NCBI GenBank assembly: GCA_964571825.1
Contig: CAZNDQ010000002.1
Span: 1-34,637, forward strand
Origin: an uncultured Planctomycetales bacterium
GTDB lineage: Bacteria > Planctomycetota > Phycisphaerae > UBA1845 > G020352895
Length of the DNA: 34,637 nt
Direction of reading: 5' to 3'
Under the pieces are notes generated by a model that was not told the origin of the DNA, ran no database searches, and saw only the letters and a program-made list of their open reading frames with translations. Below are positions 9,701 through 17,934 of this stretch, piece after piece. Both the position numbers and the translations under genes were made by a program. Each line of letters starts with the position of its first letter. The stretch's first letter is position 1.

Positions 9701-10275
9701 AGCAGTTGATAGTGCGAACTCGGATGCCCCGGCTCCACCGCGACGGCCGCGCGGAACGCCGCCAGCGCCTTGTCCACCTCGTCCAGATGACGGTAACAAT
9801 CCCCGAGGTTGTAATACGCCCCGCGCGAGCCCTTGTCACGCTCGACGACGTACTCCAGATCACGCACGGCCGCCGCGTAGTCCCCCGTCCGCTTGTTCAC
9901 GATCCCCCGCAGGTAGTGCACCCCCAGCAGCGTCGGATCGAGCGCCCGCGCCTTTTCCAGCTCCGCCAGCGCCGCGTCATACTCCGTCATGCGCAGCAAC
10001 ACGATCGCCAGGTTGTAGCGGTCCGGTGCTGACTCCGGTGCCAGCTCGACGCACCGCCGGAACTCCCCCTCGGCTGCGCGAAAATCATCATTCTCGTACT
10101 GCGCCCGCCCCAGCGCCCGGTGCAGGTCGAGCTGCGCCGTCACAGTTGCCGCAGTCGCCTCGGCCGTCGTCGGTCCCTCCGCCGACACGCCTTGCGCGCA
10201 AAGGCCCACCGCCGGCGCCGCACACGCGCACAATGCCCACGCCCGCAGGAATCCCCCGGCGCGATATCGGTTCAT
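6706..10275 (-). CDS. Secreted TPR + FG-GAP/VCBS repeat + ASPIC/UnbV protein (CRTAC1 family) with a 444-aa uncharacterised C-terminal domain
   Basis: The ATG at 10275 gives the signal-like MNRYRAGGFLRAWALCACAAPAVGLCAQG. TPR-like helices follow. Next come repeated D.DGD.DL....... LyRN.GdGtF.DV units and an UnbV-like block (SNRSGVGATAEIV...RITWPNGVVQ). TAA at 6706-6708. Confidence 0.9.
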   Translation of the reverse strand: MNRYRAGGFLRAWALCACAAPAVGLCAQGVSAEGPTTAEATAATVTAQLDLHRALGRAQYENDDFRAAEGEFRRCVELAPESAPDRYNLAIVLLRMTEYDAALAELEKARALDPTLLGVHYLRGIVNKRTGDYAAAVRDLEYVVERDKGSRGAYYNLGDCYRHLDEVDKALAAFRAAVAVEPGHPSSHYQLLVLARRAGLAEEAERHAEIYNRVKDTIDASEKTAEALERSAYSALIELPRHGADPNAVSGAAPKLVEATKEAGLGGGERGKSAAGALTIPRAEYESARAGRVYAASLGGGVVLGDYDGDGDLDIYEVNAAEEEGRSANRLWRNNGKGRFADVTRKAGVGDAGAGMAATFGDHDNDGHADLYVVNCGANVLYRNKGDGTFEDVSARAGVNEPQCGGAAVLFDYDHDNDLDLFIANDADFAEAPEREMVRVPDDLGGAVNTLLRNNGDGTFTDRTDEAGLLIDVARSRAAIYADFDGDVDTDLFVLNADAAGTLFTNQRLGVYAAGGEFSPALPEGGRAAAETDVNRDGRADLIVAAGSELRVYVNRGGNRFEGRAAKLPEALGTKGVAQIVVADLGNDGWGDLLLLDGEGETMCLAAPGGAEEFAAPHAMALAPKGEQRGSIAAFAVGDVDGDGRLDLVVKRRGGGVELWRDAAGEKRHSLAVKLTGKKSNRSGVGATAEIVGGGHYQRQTARGEAVHFCLGSVERVDVVRITWPNGVVQNVIQPGIDQRIDVEEVVKVSASCGFLYAWNGARFELVNEILGIGPLGVPMAPGVYHQPDSTELTLITGEQLAAREGYYELRLTEELRETMYADRFELRVIDHPPGTEIAPNEYFTAPPFPEDKFFAPGTRVAPRAAADERGRDVLPLVRERDGRVVEFPLAAYEGIAEPHALTLDLGDLRGAERIMLYLDGWIYWPESSTVMALDQDSRYAIRPLSLEVPGEDGAWTTAIESVGLPTSKGLVVPVELTGRFLSANDYRVRLSTNLCVYFDRVFVGLDDRAAECIETRLSVAAAELRYRGFSRMQRDERGFETFDYQQVSPVGNWSPPQGMLTRYGEVTELLGAADNRYVIFGPGDELAMRFDARGLPALREGWRRSFVFYAVGWVKDGDLNTTYSGTVEPLPFHGMSGYPYPAGEQFPRTPDLEAWRRAYNTRAARPTVGDVHAVGQLPVHDPARTSDR

Positions 10276-12980
10276 GGATCGATCACCCAGATTCGCGACA
10301 GGTCCGTATCGACCGGATCCTCCAGCCCCCGCTCCCGCCCCACCCAGTCGATCAGCTTGTCCGGCGTCGCCGCCAGCATCTCCAGCCGCGCCTTCAGTTC
10401 CGGCGTATCCGGATACGCCGCCAGTCCCGCGTTCCACCACTCCCGCGCCCGCGCCACGTTCGCGTCCGTCCCGCTATCACATCCCTTGATATACGCATCA
10501 CCCAGCGCCACATACACGTCCACCAGCGTCCCCGGCCGCTGCTCGCTTGGCAGCGCCTGCTGCATCTCCAGCACCCGCTCGAAGTCCGCGATCGCGCTCG
10601 GCAGGTGATTCAGCTTTCGCGGCCAGTGCAGGTGGTTCATCCCGCGGATGAACACCGCCTGCCAGCACCCGGGATCGAGTTCCAGCACACGGTTCAACTC
10701 GTCAATCGACTTGTTGGACAGCGTCCCCTGACTGACGATCCCCGTCTCCGGCGAGGGCATCTTGTCCACGTAGGCCAGTGCCTTGTTGATCCGCACCGCT
10801 ACCGATTGCGGATGCGCCTCCGCAAGCTCCTCAAAAAACCGGATCGACCGGTCGAAGTAGGTGTATCCGTACGCGCGGATCATCGTGCGATAGATGTTCA
10901 TGTAGCGCATCGACTCCGGCGCCAGGCCGGTCGCCTTTTCCAGCTCCGCCAGCGCTGCACTGCGCCGCCCACCCCGGTCCAGCACCATCGCAAACTCAAA
11001 GCGCAGCTTCGCATCGTCCGGCGCCTTCGCCACGGCCGTCTTGAGCCGCAAAAAATCCTTCTTGAACCCCGCCGATGCGCCCCAATCCGTCTCGACCTCA
11101 GCCGCCTCACCCGTCCCATTCGTTTTTTCCGTGCCCGCCTTCTCCTCCCGCGCCGTCCGCGCCGCCGCCAGCATCGCTTCGCGCCACTTCCGCCGCTCGG
11201 CCAGATGGCTCTCCGGCGTTTCCTCCGTCACCGTGATGATCTTGTTCGCCTCGACCCCCTCGACGCGTTGCACGAATCCGCACGGCCAGCGCACCTCCAG
11301 CGACTCGATCGACTTGCGCGCCCCCAGCCCGAAGTGCAGCCGATACGGATTCTGGCAATGGTCCGCGTTTCCCCCGTCCATCTCGCGGATCTGCGTCAAC
11401 CCCTCGCTTCGCAGCGTCACCCGCGCGCCGATCGCAAAACGATTGCAGTCCTTGCCGCGCAGCTCGACCTGCAGCCAGTTCCCCGCGCTTGGATTCACAT
11501 TGCGATACAGCTTGCCCGGCTGGCCCTGATTGGACACGTACACGTCCAGCCGCCCGTCATTGTCGAAGTCGGCTGTCGCCAGCCCGCGCCCATCCCCCCG
11601 ATCGTCCAGACCGATCTCCGCCGCCACCTCGCGGAACACCTCGCCGCCCTCGTTGCGCCATACGCGCATCGTTTCGTAGCCGGCGAAGCTCTTGTTGCCG
11701 ATCCGCGGCCAGTTGGCTGCGTCCGTCGGATCGAACCCCGGCTGCGTCACCGTCATCGCCAGGTCGGTGAAGTACTCCCCTTCGCCCGCCGAGATGTAGC
11801 CGTTGGCGCAGATCAGATCGAGGTCACCGTCATTGTCGTAATCCCAGAACTTCGCGCTCCACGCCCACCCCGCATCATACACGTTCGCCTCGAACGAGAT
11901 ATCCGTGAACGTCCCGTCGCCCATGTTGCGGTAGAGCTGGTTTCCCTCCTGCACGTACTCCCGCGTCCAGATATTCGTAATGTACAGATCGAGCCAGCCA
12001 TCATTGTTATAATCACCGAAATCGACGTTCATCCCCTTGTACGTGTCCCAGCCGATCACCTCGTCCGTCACGTTCGTGAACGTCCCGTCGCCGTTGTTGC
12101 GGAAGACGCGGTCGTGTCCGAAGTCGTTCGCCAGCACGATGTCTTGGTCGCCGTCGTTGTCGTAATCGGCGCAGCCCACGTCCAGCGTCCAGCCCGGATC
12201 GTCCACCCCCAGCTCCGCCGCCACGTTCGTGAACGTCCCGTCGCCGTTGTTGCGATAGAGCACGTTCCGCCCTGCGTTTCGCGCCATCTCGAAGTCGTTG
12301 TGCATGATCCGTGTGTTCTCGAGGTTCCACAGATCGACGTAGGGAAAGTAATTCCCGATGTACAAATCGAGATCGTTGTCGCCGTCGTAATCGACCCACA
12401 CCGCTGCGTTGCCGTTGCCCGGATCGCCCGTCCCCGACTCCGCCGTCACGTCCGTGAACGTCCCGTCCCCGTTGTTGCGATAGAGGATGTTCCGCCCCCA
12501 TTTGACAACATACAGATCGAGGTCGCCGTCGTTGTCGTAGTCGCCGAACACCGCGTCCATCGACACGCCGTGCTCGCGGTTCGCCTCCGCCACGCCCGCC
12601 TTGCCCGCCACCTCCTCAAACGTCCCATCCCCCTTGTTGCGGCACAACGCGTTCGGCTTGCCCACGGCCGAGTTCGTCAGATACAGATCGATGTGCCCGT
12701 CGAAGTCGTAATCCACCGCCGCCACTGACGCCCCCACCGACGCCATCCACGGCATGATGTTGTCCAGCTTCGCGTCGAGCACGCACTTGTGGTGTACGTG
12801 CCGAATGCCGGCGGCCTGCGTCACGTCTTCGAACAGTTTTGCCTTCGCTTCCGCTTGCCCCCGCTTTCGACCGGATGTCGCCTCCCCCCCGCGCGCGCCC
12901 GCTGTGCACACCAACAGCACGACCGCTCCACTCAGCGCAAACCGGCACACACGCGACCCGACACCCGCCCGCCTCGACAT
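10272..12980 (-). CDS. Secreted FG-GAP/VCBS repeat + ASPIC/UnbV + C-terminal TPR-like protein (CRTAC1 family)
   Basis: The ATG at 12980 gives MSRRAGVGSRVCRFALSGAVVLLVCTAGARG. About 8 units of DYDNDGDLDLY..N.....LYRNNGDGTFT.V follow, then an UnbV block (NRFAIGARVTL...LEVRWPCGFVQ) and then a helical TPR-like region. The TGA stop (10272-10274) overlaps the ATG of the next gene (ATGA at 10272-10275). Confidence 0.9.
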   Translation of the reverse strand: MSRRAGVGSRVCRFALSGAVVLLVCTAGARGGEATSGRKRGQAEAKAKLFEDVTQAAGIRHVHHKCVLDAKLDNIMPWMASVGASVAAVDYDFDGHIDLYLTNSAVGKPNALCRNKGDGTFEEVAGKAGVAEANREHGVSMDAVFGDYDNDGDLDLYVVKWGRNILYRNNGDGTFTDVTAESGTGDPGNGNAAVWVDYDGDNDLDLYIGNYFPYVDLWNLENTRIMHNDFEMARNAGRNVLYRNNGDGTFTNVAAELGVDDPGWTLDVGCADYDNDGDQDIVLANDFGHDRVFRNNGDGTFTNVTDEVIGWDTYKGMNVDFGDYNNDGWLDLYITNIWTREYVQEGNQLYRNMGDGTFTDISFEANVYDAGWAWSAKFWDYDNDGDLDLICANGYISAGEGEYFTDLAMTVTQPGFDPTDAANWPRIGNKSFAGYETMRVWRNEGGEVFREVAAEIGLDDRGDGRGLATADFDNDGRLDVYVSNQGQPGKLYRNVNPSAGNWLQVELRGKDCNRFAIGARVTLRSEGLTQIREMDGGNADHCQNPYRLHFGLGARKSIESLEVRWPCGFVQRVEGVEANKIITVTEETPESHLAERRKWREAMLAAARTAREEKAGTEKTNGTGEAAEVETDWGASAGFKKDFLRLKTAVAKAPDDAKLRFEFAMVLDRGGRRSAALAELEKATGLAPESMRYMNIYRTMIRAYGYTYFDRSIRFFEELAEAHPQSVAVRINKALAYVDKMPSPETGIVSQGTLSNKSIDELNRVLELDPGCWQAVFIRGMNHLHWPRKLNHLPSAIADFERVLEMQQALPSEQRPGTLVDVYVALGDAYIKGCDSGTDANVARAREWWNAGLAAYPDTPELKARLEMLAATPDKLIDWVGRERGLEDPVDTDLSRIWVIDP

Positions 12981-13113
12981 GAGTCTCCCCGCTCTAAGCC
13001 GACGGGCGCTCGCACACCCGCGCTCGCCGGCGTTGACGCCCCGTTCATCTTGCCCGATCATTCAACCCGTTACGGGCCTCTCGTGCAACCGTCCTCCGCA
13101 CAGGTGATCCCGA

Positions 13114-15525
13114 GTGCAGCGCTACTTTCGCTTCGTCACCGCGCACCCGCTTCCCGTCCTCATCTGCTGTGGGCTCCTCGCGCTCGCCACCGGCGCTTTC
13201 ATGCTCCGCCTCACCCGGGACACCAGCCCCGACGCCTTCATCCCACCGCATCACCCCGCGCTGCAACTCAAGCGAGACGTCGACGCGCGCTTCCATCTCC
13301 GCGAACCCATCGCCGTCGGCATCTTTCGTGACGCCGAGGGCGGCATCTTCGTGCCTGACACCCTCCGCCTCATCCGCGACCTGACGCGCGACATCATGCA
13401 GCTCGCGGGCGTGCAGCCCGACGAGGTCATCAGCCTCGCCACCGAGTCCGGCGTCTACTTCGACGACAACAACGAGCCCGGCTTCGAACTCCTCATGCCC
13501 GATATCCCGACTGACCCGGCTGTGCTGGCGGACCTGCGCGACGACATCCTCGGCTACGAACTCTACCGCGGCACCCTCGTCGCCGCCGACGCCTCCGCCG
13601 CCGCCATCATCATCCGCCCGGCCGATGAGCAGCTTGCCGGCCGCATCTACGCCGAGATCGCCGCGCTCCTGCGCGATTACCCCACGCACGGCGAGCGCCT
13701 CGTCGTCGCCGGCGAAGCGGCTGTGCGCGAATACATGGGCCTGGCCGTCTCCGACGATGCCCTGCGCATGAACTTCATCTGCCCCGTCGTCATGATGCTC
13801 CTCATCCTCCTCGCCTACCGCACGCTCCGCGGCACCGTCCTGCCCATGTGCGTCGTCGGCGGCGGCGGTGCCATGGCCATGGGCCTGATGGCCGCGGCCG
13901 GCGTCCCTGTCTACATCGTCACCAACGGCATCTTTGTCGTGATCATGGCCCTCGGTGTGGCGGACTCCCTCCACCTCCTCGGCCAATACTACGAAGAACA
14001 GCTCGCCCCCGCCGGCCGCTCGCGCAACCAGATCATCGTCGACGCCTGTTCCACTCTTTGGTTCCCCGTCCTCGTCACCTCCCTCACCGACCTCACCGGA
14101 TTTCTCTCACTCTATCTCGGCGGCGAAATGCCCCCCATCCGCTGGTTCGGCCTCTTCACCTGTGCCGGCGTCCTCGGCTGCCTCATCTTCACCTACGCTC
14201 TGCTCCCCGCCGGCCTGGCGATTCTCCCCCTCCGCCGCAGCCCTGTATTCACACAACGTGTCACCTCGCCCGACGGCCACGTCGCCGCCCTCGATTCCAT
14301 CGGCCGCGCCCTCGGATCGCTCGGCACGATCACTTATTGCCGCCCCGTCGCCGTGCTCATCTGCGGCGCGCTCGTCCTGGCCACTGCTGCCCTGGCCGCC
14401 AACCGCCTCACCGTCAACGACGCCCGCATTCTCGCCTTCCGCGACGATCACCCCCTCGTCGTCGCCACCCGCGCCCTCAACGAACACTTCGACGGCACCA
14501 CTCAGCTCAACGTCGTCGTCACCGCCGACCGGCCCGGCGAGTTCACACAGCCCGACGCGCTACACCGCATCGAAGACCTCGAGGCCTTCACCGAAACGCT
14601 CCCCCACGTCGGCGGCACGCACTCGATCGTCGGCTGGGTCCGCCGCGCCCACCAGAAAATGCACGACGAAGACGAAGCCTACTACGCCATCCCCGACGAC
14701 CCCGCCGAAACGCGCTTCTATCTCGACGTCCTCAGCGCCGAGACCTCACCGATGTCCGCGCTGCTCGCCGAAGTCGTCGACCGCGACTATTCCGCTGTCA
14801 ACCTTATCGTCCGCCTCCGCAGCAGCGAATATGTCCACGAACGCGCCGTGGTCGACGCCCTCGAAGCGTACCTCGCCGAACACTTCTCCACCGGCCCGCT
14901 CCGCGCTGAACTCTCCGGCCGCGTCCACCTCGACTACCACTGGCTCCGCCTCATTCTCAAGAGCCACCTCCGCAGCGCCGGCCTCTCCGCCGCGGCCGTC
15001 CTTCTCCTGACCGGCCTCATGTTCCGCTCGTTCGTCGCCGGCACGCTATGCACGCTCGTCGTCGCCGCCGCCATCCTCATCAACTACGCCCTCATGGGTC
15101 TGCTCGGCATTCCCCTCGGCGTCGGCACCTCCATGTTTGCCAGCATCGCCATTGGCGCCGGTGTCAATTTCCCCATTCACATGCTCGAGCGCATCCGCGT
15201 CGCCCTGCGCCGGCCCGGCGCCGACCCCGCCGCCGTCTTCCGCGACGCCTGCGCCTTCACCGGCCGCGCCCTCTTCTTCACCACCTTCGTCCTCGCTGTC
15301 GGCTTCGGCCTGCTCCTCGTCTCGCAGTTCCGCACGCTTTCCGAGTTCGGCCTGCTCGTCGGCGCCAGCATCACCTCCTGCTTCGTCGTCAGTCTGACGC
15401 TGCTCCCCGCCGCGCTCGCCGCCCTCCGCCCGCGGTTCATCTTCCCCCATCCGCCCATTCCGCCGGCAACTGCGCAAGCGTCGCCAGTCCCAGGTGCGCG
15501 ATCCGATAGCCAAAGTCCGACCTGA
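13114..15525 (+). CDS. MMPL/RND-superfamily exporter (two 6-TM halves)
   Basis: GTG at 13114, 803 aa. N-terminal TM, a periplasmic loop, then a TM cluster (ICPVVMMLLILLAYR...). This arrangement is duplicated in the second half (LLLTGLMFRSFVAG...). The layout is typical of predicted RND/MMPL exporters such as the HpnN-like group. TGA at 15523-15525. Confidence 0.85.
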   Translation: MQRYFRFVTAHPLPVLICCGLLALATGAFMLRLTRDTSPDAFIPPHHPALQLKRDVDARFHLREPIAVGIFRDAEGGIFVPDTLRLIRDLTRDIMQLAGVQPDEVISLATESGVYFDDNNEPGFELLMPDIPTDPAVLADLRDDILGYELYRGTLVAADASAAAIIIRPADEQLAGRIYAEIAALLRDYPTHGERLVVAGEAAVREYMGLAVSDDALRMNFICPVVMMLLILLAYRTLRGTVLPMCVVGGGGAMAMGLMAAAGVPVYIVTNGIFVVIMALGVADSLHLLGQYYEEQLAPAGRSRNQIIVDACSTLWFPVLVTSLTDLTGFLSLYLGGEMPPIRWFGLFTCAGVLGCLIFTYALLPAGLAILPLRRSPVFTQRVTSPDGHVAALDSIGRALGSLGTITYCRPVAVLICGALVLATAALAANRLTVNDARILAFRDDHPLVVATRALNEHFDGTTQLNVVVTADRPGEFTQPDALHRIEDLEAFTETLPHVGGTHSIVGWVRRAHQKMHDEDEAYYAIPDDPAETRFYLDVLSAETSPMSALLAEVVDRDYSAVNLIVRLRSSEYVHERAVVDALEAYLAEHFSTGPLRAELSGRVHLDYHWLRLILKSHLRSAGLSAAAVLLLTGLMFRSFVAGTLCTLVVAAAILINYALMGLLGIPLGVGTSMFASIAIGAGVNFPIHMLERIRVALRRPGADPAAVFRDACAFTGRALFFTTFVLAVGFGLLLVSQFRTLSEFGLLVGASITSCFVVSLTLLPAALAALRPRFIFPHPPIPPATAQASPVPGARSDSQSPT

Positions 15526-15611
15526 TCGCACCGCACGTCCGGTACGTTCATTCCGCGCTCGGGTTGCCGACCGACGGAGCGCAGCGCGGCGCCTCGCGTT
15601 ACAATTCGCAG

Positions 15612-16790
15612 ATGGACTTTCACGCGACGGGCACGCTGCGGGTGGTCTGCGCTCCGGGGCTCGCGCCGTACCTGGCGGCTGAACTGGAGGCGCTCGGCCA
15701 CCTCCCCGCCGACGCGCAGGAGACGGGCGTCGAGCTGCCCGGCACGCTGCTCGACGCGATGCGGCTCAACCTGCACCTGCGCACCGCGCAGCACGTGCTC
15801 TATCTCCTGCGCGAGTTCGCCGCCGCGACGCCCGACGACCTCTATCGCGCCGCCTCGCTCATCGCCTGGGAGGAGATCATCCCGGCCGACGGCTACGTCA
15901 GCGTCGTCGCGCGCGTCGACACGCCGGCGATCCGGCACTCCGGGCTGCCGGCGCTCAAGCTCAAGGACGCGATCGTCGATCGCATCGCGGCCCGCCGCGG
16001 GCGCCGGCCGGACTCCGGCCCCGAGCGCGACCGGGCGGTGGTCCACCTCTTTTGGCACGGCCCGCGCGCTCGCATCCTCCTCGGCACTACCGGCCGCAAG
16101 CTCTCCGACCGCGGCTATCGCAAGATGCCCGGCAAGGCCCCGCTGGCGGAGACCCTCGCTGCCGGGATCCTGCTGGCGGCCGGGTACGAGGGGCGGGGGC
16201 CGCTCGTGCTGCCGATGTGCGGCAGCGGCACGCTGGCGATCGAGGCCGCGCTGATCGCCACCGGCCGGGCGCCGGGGCTGCTGCGGAGCAATTACGGCTT
16301 CATGCACGTCGTCGGGTTCGAGGACGCCGAATGGCAGCGGCTGCGGCGCGAAGCACATGCGGCCGCCCACCGCGTCAAAGTCATACCGCGGATCATTGCG
16401 ACGGACATCGATCCGCGCATGGTCGAGGCGACGCAGCGCAACGCCACGACGGCCGGGGTCCAGCACCTCATCGACACCGGCGTCTGCGATTTCTTCGAGA
16501 CCCCCGTGCCGCCCAGCCCCGGACTCGTCATCCTCAACCCCGAGTACGGTGAACGGCTCGGCGAAATGCAGGCGCTGGAGTCAACCTACAAACGCATCGG
16601 CGACTTCTTCAAGCAGCGCTGCCCCGGCTACACCGGCTGGGTCTTCACCGGCAACCTCGACCTCGCCAAGCGCATCGGCCTCCGCGCCTCGCGCCGCATC
16701 CCCATGCACAACGCCAAAATCGACTGCCGCCTCCTCCGCTTCGAACTCTACGCCGGCACCCGCGAACCGCGCGACGGCGAGCAGACGTAA
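15612..16790 (+). CDS. THUMP-domain class I SAM-dependent RNA methyltransferase (UPF0020/RlmL-like)
   Basis: ATG at 15612 (MDFHATGTLRVVC...). THUMP-like N-terminal half. SAM motif I is PMCGSGTLAIEAA, followed by ATDIDPRMV and the catalytic NPEYGERL (NPPY-type). TAA at 16788-16790. High GC like the flanks. Confidence 0.85.
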   Translation: MDFHATGTLRVVCAPGLAPYLAAELEALGHLPADAQETGVELPGTLLDAMRLNLHLRTAQHVLYLLREFAAATPDDLYRAASLIAWEEIIPADGYVSVVARVDTPAIRHSGLPALKLKDAIVDRIAARRGRRPDSGPERDRAVVHLFWHGPRARILLGTTGRKLSDRGYRKMPGKAPLAETLAAGILLAAGYEGRGPLVLPMCGSGTLAIEAALIATGRAPGLLRSNYGFMHVVGFEDAEWQRLRREAHAAAHRVKVIPRIIATDIDPRMVEATQRNATTAGVQHLIDTGVCDFFETPVPPSPGLVILNPEYGERLGEMQALESTYKRIGDFFKQRCPGYTGWVFTGNLDLAKRIGLRASRRIPMHNAKIDCRLLRFELYAGTREPRDGEQT

Positions 16791-16935
16791 CCGTGCGACG
16801 CATCACGTTGCATTATTCGCGCTTGGATCGACCGCTGAGTTCGGATACAGTGGTAACCTGGTTGTTCGGGGCTACGTGCTGGACGAATGTGTAGCCGCAC
16901 TAGGTTGTTTGGTCATTGTCGATTGTCGCAGCAAC

Positions 16936-17670
16936 ATGCCAAGACTCATGAATCCGGGTGACATGCGAAAGGCGAGCAGCCTTCCCTTCTGCTACATCTG
17001 CGGCAGAGCGTTCGCCAAGGGCGAGTCAATCAACCGCGATCATGTTCCACCAAGAAACATGTTCCCGGAGGGTAAGAGGGACAACCCCCTCGTACTCAAG
17101 ACACACATGCACTGCAACGAGGCATCGTCGGATTCCGATCAACTATGGGGCGAATTTATCTCGCTACTGCATTCGGCAAACCGACGACGCCAAAAGCTCA
17201 CACAACATGTAACCAGAGGATCGTCGGGCCGCGGTGCATACCTACGAGATGCTCTCCCCGAAAGATTCATCCGGCGCATTGTTCGAGCGTTTCACGCAGC
17301 ACTGTATCGGGAGTTCCTTCCGGACAACGAGAACTGTTTCAGCACTTTCCCGCCACTTCCACGATTCAAGAACTCATTTCGAGACCCGGTACTTTGCGAG
17401 ACAGATACTCGACGATGGCACATATATCAGGTATTATTGGCTAATTGTCTGCTCGGAAATGTGGACGCAATCCGCTGCTACTCTGGGCAGTGTCGGTACA
17501 CGTGTGTATGGAGTACGCTCAGAAGGGGTGCGCGGCCAATATGTCTGTATGGACTTGAAATCTGCCACTGGGAGCAACTCAGCGTTAAATGTCTTCCGCC
17601 ACGCCCATGTGTCGGCGGATATTGGGGAGTCTCATGCCCAGCTAACGCGTCGCGCGAGCGAGGAGGCTGA
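16936..17670 (+). CDS. Orphan HNH (His-Me finger)-like nuclease-domain protein with Cys/Trp-rich C-terminal region
   Basis: Only the low-GC part of track ORF 16357..17670 is credible. From the ATG at 16936: C19-x2-C22-G, D35-H36-V-P-P, N50-P-L and H57-M-H-C-N61. This matches the HNH layout CxxC...DH.xP...N..L...H/CxxC-N. The last 85 aa hold 9 Cys and 4 Trp. No signal peptide. The start is uncertain (in-frame GTG at 16876 and TTG at 16909 are also possible). TGA at 17668-17670. Confidence 0.6.
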   Translation: MPRLMNPGDMRKASSLPFCYICGRAFAKGESINRDHVPPRNMFPEGKRDNPLVLKTHMHCNEASSDSDQLWGEFISLLHSANRRRQKLTQHVTRGSSGRGAYLRDALPERFIRRIVRAFHAALYREFLPDNENCFSTFPPLPRFKNSFRDPVLCETDTRRWHIYQVLLANCLLGNVDAIRCYSGQCRYTCVWSTLRRGARPICLYGLEICHWEQLSVKCLPPRPCVGGYWGVSCPANASRERGG

Positions 17671-17729
17671 GGAGGTGTGCTCAGCGTTCGCTGATGGTGT
17701 CACTGTGGCAGCCAATCGTACGGAAAGGA

Positions 17730-17848
17730 CTATTGCAATTCGTCGACATATCCACGTGCAGATACGAGTGTGCAATCTATCTTTGCGTTCTTTGGGATTT
17801 CCCGGTACAAGGGCAGGGCGATCTGCTGGGTGGTCAATGACTCAATAG
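17730..17848 (-). pseudogene. Displaced 3' end of the IS-interrupted membrane-anchored protein gene
   Basis: Removing 17849-19197 plus one ATAG copy joins 19202 to this segment in frame. The frame then reads ...VPETT-I-ESLTTQQIALPLYREIPKNAKIDCTLVSARGYVDELQ, ending at TAG (complement of 17730-17732). Low GC like the rest of the islet. Confidence 0.45.
17845..17848. repeat. Target-site duplication ATAG (left copy)
   Basis: ATAG immediately outside the left IR. An identical ATAG lies immediately outside the right IR at 19198-19201. Confidence 0.6.
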
Positions 17849-17876
17849 CAGGCCGCTAAAGAACTCCGTTTTTTCG
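17849..17876. repeat. IS left terminal inverted repeat (IRL)
   Basis: 16 nt perfect match with the reverse complement of IRR. After a 2-nt indel it extends imperfectly (CGTTTTTTCG vs CGTTGTTTTG). Confidence 0.8.
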
Positions 17877-17934
17877 TTCCCGTTTTCCAGATTTGTCGTA
17901 TACTGCATCGAACATCCGTCACGGAGGACATTCG

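Noticed and set aside
11890-12640. Regularly spaced near-identical ~33-nt repeats that could look like a CRISPR array
   Set aside because: They lie inside a continuous ORF, and the spacing is in whole codons (153 and 225 nt). They encode the VCBS/FG-GAP strand RNNGDGTFT, and the intervening sequences are also homologous.
9555-12728. 1057-aa ORF on the plus strand
   Set aside because: It is antisense to the two CRTAC1-like genes. The translation is extremely Pro/Arg/His-rich with no motifs, so I treat it as a shadow ORF.
16357-16935. N-terminal 193 codons of track ORF 16357..17670
   Set aside because: This part overlaps the THUMP methyltransferase in another frame and is Ser/Pro/Ala/Arg-rich. 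Coding character (lower GC, HNH motif) begins only after the methyltransferase stop.
15612-17670. THUMP methyltransferase plus HNH protein read as a restriction-modification pair
   Set aside because: The methyltransferase has host-like GC and a THUMP RNA-binding domain with the RlmL/UPF0020 layout, so it is an rRNA/tRNA enzyme. The HNH gene lies across a sharp compositional boundary, so the adjacency is probably accidental.
17234-17848. 204-aa plus-strand ORF in an alternative frame across the 3' half of the HNH-like gene and the intergenic spacer
   Set aside because: It has no motifs. It overlaps both the HNH-like frame and the reconstructed minus-strand gene tail, and its stop is simply the TAG of the ATAG target site. 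I kept it in mind only as a possible sign of a frameshift in the HNH-like gene, and I could not support that reading.
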